From an uncultured Gammaproteobacteria bacterium (lineage in GTDB: Bacteria; Pseudomonadota; Gammaproteobacteria; Magnimaribacterales; D2472), in NCBI GenBank assembly GCA_964546275.1, contig CAZJJG010000002.1:11619-75618 (forward strand): DNA of 64,000 nucleotides, given 5' to 3'. The notes under the pieces are model-generated. The model saw only the letters and a program-made list of their open reading frames with translations. It ran no database searches and was not told the DNA's origin. Made by a program: the position numbers and the translations under genes. Positions 58,580-64,000 of this stretch are shown one piece after another; position 1 is the stretch's first letter; every line of letters begins with the position of its first letter.

Positions 58580-58864
58580 TTATACGCCTTCAACTAATAC
58601 CACATGCCTAATAGCAGAATTAGTTACATGCATAAGAGCTTCTTGATATGCAGAAGATTTATAGCACTCTTCAGCAATTTGAATATTAGGAAACTCCACT
58701 AGAACAGTTCTTTCGTAGATACCGCCTTCTACTTCTATTTGGGGTCCGCCGCGAACTAAAAACTTGCCTTGATAGCTCTCTATTATTGGTCCTGCTAGAG
58801 CTGCATACTTTGAGTACTCATCCGTATCAGTGACATGACATCTTGCTACCCAGAAACCTTTCAT
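58580..58864 (-). CDS. DUF1330-domain protein
   Basis: 94 aa. MKGFWVARCHVTDTDEYSKYAALAGPIIESYQGKFLVRGG... matches the DUF1330 pattern (ferredoxin-like fold family). Confidence 0.7.
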   Translation of the reverse strand: MKGFWVARCHVTDTDEYSKYAALAGPIIESYQGKFLVRGGPQIEVEGGIYERTVLVEFPNIQIAEECYKSSAYQEALMHVTNSAIRHVVLVEGV

Positions 58865-58865
58865 A

Positions 58866-61100
58866 TTAAGCCTTAAACTCTAATCTTTTTAAGTGAAGTA
58901 TTGGTTCGGTATAGCCGCTAGGCTGAACCCTACCCTCTATTGCTAAGGCGCATGCTGCTGAGAATGCAAGGCCATCATAATCAGGAGCCATATTTATATA
59001 ATCAGCATCACTAGAGTTTTGTTCATCAACAATCAGTGCCATTTTTTTCATAGTCTCAATGACCTGCTCCTCTGAACATAAATCATGATGCAGCCAATTT
59101 GCTATATGCTGACTTGAAATTCTACATGTTGCTCTGTCTTCCATCAGACCTACATTATTAATATCAGGAACTTTTGAACAACCTACTCCAGCATCGACCC
59201 ATCTAACAACATAACCAAGAATGCCTTGAGCATTATTATCTAATTCTTTTTGTATATCCTCAGAAGATAGAGATTCTCTATTAGGCATAACAGGAATAGT
59301 TAAAATATCATTTAAGCTAGCCTTAGCCCTAGAAGCAATAATCTCTTGCTCTTTTGAAACTAAGACTTGGTGATAATGCATCACGTGTAAAGATGCTGCA
59401 GTTGGTGATGGAACCCATGCACAATTAGCACCAGCTTTTGGATGCATTGCTTTGGTGTTATACATTTCTAACATTTCATCAGGCATTGCCCACATACCTT
59501 TACCAATTTGAGCTTTGCCTTTAAAGCCAGTTTGCAACCCAATATCTACATTCCAGTCTTCATAAGCTGATATCCATGGTTGCTGCTTCATGTCAGATTT
59601 TAAGACCATAGGACCAGCTTCCATACTTGTATGTATCTCATCTCCGGTTCTATCTAAGAAACCAGTGTTTATAAAAATAATCCTATCTTTAGCTATACGT
59701 ATGCATTCTTTTAGATTTACAGTGGTTCTTCTCTCTTCATCCATGATTCCAATTTTTACACTTAAAGGCTTAATACCTAACTCCTTTTCAACAGCTGCAA
59801 ATAGATCGCAAGCAAATTTAACTTCCTTAGGCCCGTGCATTTTAGGCTTAACAATATACATACTGCCTTTTCTTGAATTTACTAAACTGCCTGTTCTTTC
59901 AAGATCATGCTTGGCAATACATATGGTAAACATGGCATCAAGTATGCCTTCTGGAATTTCATTACCATGCTTATCTAAGACAGCTGGATTTGTCATGAGA
60001 TGTCCAACATTTCGAACAAGCATTAAACTTCTTCCAGGCAAGCTTAGAGTTTTATTATCTTTTGCTGTATAGGTTCTATCAGGAAGTAGTGATCTGGTCA
60101 TCTCAGAATTACCCTTCATAAAAGTTTCTTTCAAATCGCCTTTCATGAGTCCCAACCAATTTCTATACACAATTACTTTATCTGCAGCATCTACAGCTGC
60201 AACTGAATCTTCGCAGTCTTGAATTGTTGTGATCGCTGATTCAACTAATACATCTTTGATGCCTGCTGGATCATCCATTCCAATATTGTGATTTTTATCT
60301 AATTGAATTTCTAAGTGTAGATTATTATTTTTTAGCAATATTCCGCTTGGTTCTGAGCTATCACCTGCATAACCAACATATTGATGTGTATCTTTTAATT
60401 CGGTTCTTGTACCATCGCTTAATTCTATTTGTAAGCTGTCACTTAAAATCATAAAGCTTATGGCTTCTTCATAGGTTCCATTTTTTAATGGTACTGATTT
60501 ATTTAAGAAGTCTTTAGCAAAAGCAATAACCTTTTCCCCTCTTACTAGGTTATACCCACCAGTTTTTCCTGCTCCATCATCTTCTGATATTACATCTGTC
60601 CCATACAAGGCATTATAAAGGCTTCCCCATCGGGCATTTGCTGCATTTAATGCAAATCTTGCATTCATAACAGGCACAACTAATTGAGGACCAGCAATAG
60701 TTTTAATTTCTGGATCTACGTCAGAAGTTTCAATAGAAAAATTATCACCCTCTTCTATCAAGTACCCAATATCTTTAAGAAAGTTCTTATATTCTGCAGC
60801 ATTATGAGTCTGGCCTTTTCTTTCAATATGCCAAGCATCGATTTGCTTTTGTAAAGATTCTCTTATAGCTAAAAGCTCTATATTTTTTGGACCAAAGGTA
60901 TCTAAGATTGTTTCAAGTGATTTCCAAAAGAGACTAGGTTGGATATTAATACCTGGAACTAGCTCTTCTTTTAAAAAGTTATCTAGTTCTTTGGAAACAT
61001 GCAGGCCGCCATAAGTAACTCTTGCACTGTCATCTATAGAGTTAGGAACCATTTCTGTCTCAGATTTTAATAATGAGATAAGTTTAGTAAAAATATTCAT
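58866..61100 (-). CDS. glcB: Malate synthase G
   Basis: 744 aa, the size of the G isoform, with blocks [31 protein letters not shown]-like, [11 protein letters not shown] and [16 protein letters not shown]. Confidence 0.95.
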   Translation of the reverse strand: MNIFTKLISLLKSETEMVPNSIDDSARVTYGGLHVSKELDNFLKEELVPGINIQPSLFWKSLETILDTFGPKNIELLAIRESLQKQIDAWHIERKGQTHNAAEYKNFLKDIGYLIEEGDNFSIETSDVDPEIKTIAGPQLVVPVMNARFALNAANARWGSLYNALYGTDVISEDDGAGKTGGYNLVRGEKVIAFAKDFLNKSVPLKNGTYEEAISFMILSDSLQIELSDGTRTELKDTHQYVGYAGDSSEPSGILLKNNNLHLEIQLDKNHNIGMDDPAGIKDVLVESAITTIQDCEDSVAAVDAADKVIVYRNWLGLMKGDLKETFMKGNSEMTRSLLPDRTYTAKDNKTLSLPGRSLMLVRNVGHLMTNPAVLDKHGNEIPEGILDAMFTICIAKHDLERTGSLVNSRKGSMYIVKPKMHGPKEVKFACDLFAAVEKELGIKPLSVKIGIMDEERRTTVNLKECIRIAKDRIIFINTGFLDRTGDEIHTSMEAGPMVLKSDMKQQPWISAYEDWNVDIGLQTGFKGKAQIGKGMWAMPDEMLEMYNTKAMHPKAGANCAWVPSPTAASLHVMHYHQVLVSKEQEIIASRAKASLNDILTIPVMPNRESLSSEDIQKELDNNAQGILGYVVRWVDAGVGCSKVPDINNVGLMEDRATCRISSQHIANWLHHDLCSEEQVIETMKKMALIVDEQNSSDADYINMAPDYDGLAFSAACALAIEGRVQPSGYTEPILHLKRLEFKA

Positions 61101-61180
61101 AACAGGATTATATACAACCTAGCATTGCTATCAAATATCTTAGCCAATCAAATAATGCTTAAATAATTTATAATTATTTT

Positions 61181-62776
61181 ATGAATAGTAATAATAGTAG
61201 TATTGATGCCCTGATTATTGGTGCAGGACATAATGGGCTGGTTTGTGCCCACTATCTTGCTAAAGCTGGACTCAATGTTCACATCTTTGAGAGAAGGCAT
61301 ATAGTTGGTGGTGCTGCAGTCACCGAAGAGTTTCATCCTGGATTTAGAAATTCAGTGGCTAGCTATACCGTAAGCCTGCTTAATCCTCAAGTTATCAAAG
61401 ATATGCACCTAAAAGATTATGGTTTAGAGGTTGTTAAACGCCCAATATCAAACTTCCTCCCTATTAATAGCACAACTTATCTAAAGCTAGGTGGTGGCTT
61501 AGAAAAAACTCAGGCAGAATTTAGAAAATTCTCTGAAGCAGATGCTGATCGACTACCAGAATATTATGAGCGCATTGAAGCAGTTGCAGATGTTTTAAGA
61601 GATCTATCAATAAAAACTCCGCCAAACCCTAAACATGGAGTTAAGGCGCTTATTCAAGCTGCTTTACAGGCTTGGCCAATTGCTCGAAAAGGCAATCAGT
61701 TACACAGAGATGTTTATGATTTATTTACCAAAAGCGCTAGATCTTTTTTGGATTCATGGTTTGAAAATGAGCATGTAAAGGCTGCATTTGGTTTTGATTC
61801 TATTGTTGGTAACTATGCAAGCCCTGATACTCCTGGTTCAGCTTATGTATTGCTTCATCATGTGTTTGGAGAGGTTGATGGTGAAAAAGGTGCCTGGGGA
61901 CACGCTATTGGCGGGATGGGCTCTATCACTCAAGCTATGCAAAAAGCTTGTATAGATGCTGGAGTTCAAATCACAACTGATGCAGCAGTTAAAAAGGTTC
62001 TAGTTAATGATAATAAGGCAATTGGTATTGAGCTTGAAAATGGTGATGTTATTCATGCTTCAAAAATTATATCCAATCTTAATCCTACGCTGCTATATAA
62101 AAAATTAATTGATAGTGCAGATCTAGATGACGAGTTCAATAAAAGCATGGATGGTTATAAGTCTGGCTCGGGAACCTTCCGTATGAATGTTGCTTTATCT
62201 GAGCTTCCAGACTTTGTCTCTTTGCCTGGAAAAGAAGTGGCAGAACATCATCAGTCTGGAGTTGTTATTGCACCGACATTAGATTATATGGATCAGGCTT
62301 ATATTGATGCTAAGCAGTATGGCTGGTCAAAGAAACCTATCGTAGAAATGCTTATACCCTCAACACTCGATGATAGCCTTGCTCCAAAAGGCAAGCATGT
62401 AGCTTCATTATTTTGTCAGCAATTTTCTCCAACTTTAAAAGATGGGCAATCATGGAATGATGCACGTTTAGATGCTGCCGAATGCATTATTGATACCGTA
62501 ACAGAGCATGCTCCAAATTTTAGAGAATCTATTTTGGGAACTATGATTCTTTCGCCCCTTGATTTAGAAGAAAAATTTGGTCTAATTGGTGGCGATATAA
62601 TGCATGGGCATATGACGCTAGATCAAATGTGGGCTGCTAGACCGCTAATGAACTATGGTGATTATAGAGGCCCACTCAAGTCTTTATACATGTGCGGGGC
62701 AGGAAGTCATCCTGGCGGAGGTGTAACTGGTTTACCTGGTAAAAATGCTGCAAGAGAGATTCTTAAAGATAAATAA
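61181..62776 (+). CDS. Phytoene-desaturase-family NAD(P)/FAD-dependent oxidoreductase (CrtI-like, function unknown)
   Basis: 531 aa with the N-terminal dinucleotide fold DALIIGAGHNGLVCAHYLAKAGLNVHIFERR and a C-terminal GAGSHPGGGVTGLPG. Confidence 0.75.
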   Translation: MNSNNSSIDALIIGAGHNGLVCAHYLAKAGLNVHIFERRHIVGGAAVTEEFHPGFRNSVASYTVSLLNPQVIKDMHLKDYGLEVVKRPISNFLPINSTTYLKLGGGLEKTQAEFRKFSEADADRLPEYYERIEAVADVLRDLSIKTPPNPKHGVKALIQAALQAWPIARKGNQLHRDVYDLFTKSARSFLDSWFENEHVKAAFGFDSIVGNYASPDTPGSAYVLLHHVFGEVDGEKGAWGHAIGGMGSITQAMQKACIDAGVQITTDAAVKKVLVNDNKAIGIELENGDVIHASKIISNLNPTLLYKKLIDSADLDDEFNKSMDGYKSGSGTFRMNVALSELPDFVSLPGKEVAEHHQSGVVIAPTLDYMDQAYIDAKQYGWSKKPIVEMLIPSTLDDSLAPKGKHVASLFCQQFSPTLKDGQSWNDARLDAAECIIDTVTEHAPNFRESILGTMILSPLDLEEKFGLIGGDIMHGHMTLDQMWAARPLMNYGDYRGPLKSLYMCGAGSHPGGGVTGLPGKNAAREILKDK

Positions 62777-62782
62777 AAAAGT

Positions 62783-64000
62783 TTACTGGTTTGCTCTTTC
62801 AAAGGTCGCTGCATATTCTATTAATTGCTTATCAGACCATTTAGTACCTATAAAAGAAACTCCTACTGGCAAGCCTTCAACTTTATCTAGTGGAAGTGTT
62901 ATATGGGGATATCCAGCTATAGCAGCATAACCTCCATTACCCCAACCTCTTTGCTCTTCCATAGCAATTCCATCACCACCATCATAGTTAGTTAGCCATG
63001 CCGGATTCCTTGTTAATCCGACAAATGCATCTAAATTATATTTAGTTAATAAATTATCGAAATCTTTTTTGACCTGATTTAAGGCTTTCATAGATTCGCG
63101 ATATTTATCATGATCCTTTGAGGCTTCAAGACTAGCTTCAAAAATCTCTTGTTTAAAATAAGGCATTACTGATTCTGCATTCTGATTATTAAAAGTAATT
63201 AAATCTTTAAGAGATTTAAATTTAGCCTCTGATGTTTGAAGATAAGACTCCAGGTCTCTCTTAAATTCATATAAAAGTATAAAAAACTCTTCTTCTCCAG
63301 GATAAACTCTTGTGTCGTCTATTAGAATGACCTCGCCACCCCTAGATTCAATAATGCGGATGATTTTATCTAGCAATCTCTTACCCTCTGAGTCATCTGA
63401 ACCAGATTGAAGTAAACCAAAACGCTTATTTTTTAAAGAATTCTTATTTATATTTGAAATAAAATTAAAATTAAAATTCTTAGGTATATCAAGTGTAGCT
63501 TTATCTGCTAGATCCTTTCCTGCAATTGCTTGAAGAGTTTTGGCTACTAATCCAACAGAATTTCCCATAGGTCCAGCTGTATCTTGGCTAGAAGATATAG
63601 GAACTATTCCACTTCTGCTAACAAGCCCCACGGAAGGCTTCATGCCAACAATGCCATTTACAGAGGCTGGGCATGAAATTGATCCATTGGTTTCAGTTCC
63701 TATAGCTATATCAAGCATGCCTGAAGCAACTGCAACAGCTGATCCTGCGCTTGATCCGCATGGATTTCTATTTATTCCATAAGGATTTACTGTCTGGCCA
63801 CCTAAACTTGACCATCCACTAACTGAATTAAAGGATCTAAAATTAGCCCATTCAGAGAGATTTGTTTTACCAAAAATATGATAACCAGAAGCCTTTAATT
63901 TGGTAATTAAAAAAGCATCCTTATTTGGATAATAATCAGCTAAGGCTAATGAGCCCGCAGATGTAGCCATCCCTTTGACATCTATATTGTCTTTAATGCC
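62783..64000 (-). CDS. Amidase-signature family amidase; N-terminus runs off the right edge
   Basis: It has the AS-family Gly/Ser-rich block (CGSSAGSAVAVASG) and GTETNGSISCPA. The frame stays open upstream of the track Met (…GIKDNIDVKGMATSAGS), so the true start lies beyond base 64000. Confidence 0.85.
   Translation of the reverse strand, partial: GIKDNIDVKGMATSAGSLALADYYPNKDAFLITKLKASGYHIFGKTNLSEWANFRSFNSVSGWSSLGGQTVNPYGINRNPCGSSAGSAVAVASGMLDIAIGTETNGSISCPASVNGIVGMKPSVGLVSRSGIVPISSSQDTAGPMGNSVGLVAKTLQAIAGKDLADKATLDIPKNFNFNFISNINKNSLKNKRFGLLQSGSDDSEGKRLLDKIIRIIESRGGEVILIDDTRVYPGEEEFFILLYEFKRDLESYLQTSEAKFKSLKDLITFNNQNAESVMPYFKQEIFEASLEASKDHDKYRESMKALNQVKKDFDNLLTKYNLDAFVGLTRNPAWLTNYDGGDGIAMEEQRGWGNGGYAAIAGYPHITLPLDKVEGLPVGVSFIGTKWSDKQLIEYAATFERANQ

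Overview
This window is AT-rich (roughly one-third G+C by eye, not computed) and very densely coded. Spacers are tiny, and several neighbouring genes overlap at their ends. It looks like the chromosome of a streamlined marine gammaproteobacterium. That taxonomic guess is an inference from the ftsK-lolA-serS synteny, the E. coli glyT-like tRNA-Gly(UCC), the gsp operon and the TonB receptor. I call about 60 protein genes, one tRNA and no rRNA. I saw no CRISPR array, transposase, integrase or obvious defence island.

Contents from left to right:
- a NupC-type nucleoside transporter (truncated by the window edge), a 2OG-Fe(II) oxygenase and a TonB-dependent receptor
- serS, crcB, a lolA-like gene and ftsK; trxB; an AcuI/YhdH-like reductase plus an SDR
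- a sigma54-type promoter in front of a porin-like gene, glnK and amtB
- a PlsC-like acyltransferase, a GDPD, an MFS transporter, HIT, DedA and an epoxide hydrolase
- a minus-strand phosphorus block: phoB, phoR, a complete gspCDEFGHIJKLM type II secretion operon, a PiT transporter, a porin, TetR and a beta-propeller phytase
- two acyl-CoA synthetases, ggt and the prepilin peptidase
- two unknown exported proteins flanking tRNA-Gly
- a PhoD-like phosphatase, a photolyase-related protein and an alpha/beta hydrolase
- a PncC-like/NadD-like fusion, an IDO-like dioxygenase and a divergent L33-like gene
- a beta-glucan locus (LacI, Na+/sugar symporter, GH3, glk)
- pyk, DUF1330, glcB, a CrtI-like oxidoreductase and an amidase (truncated by the window edge)

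I found no clearly novel multi-gene system. The leads most worth a second look are:
1. the physical coupling of phoBR to the T2SS, with phased Pho-box-like 11-bp repeats between them
2. a promoter-plus-terminator-bounded candidate sRNA of about 220 nt at 49.2-49.5 kb
3. the NAD-related fusion gene next to a bacterial IDO
4. two unknown exported proteins, each with an internal duplication, around the tRNA

All functional calls rest on motifs I recognise by eye in the supplied translations. No searches were run.
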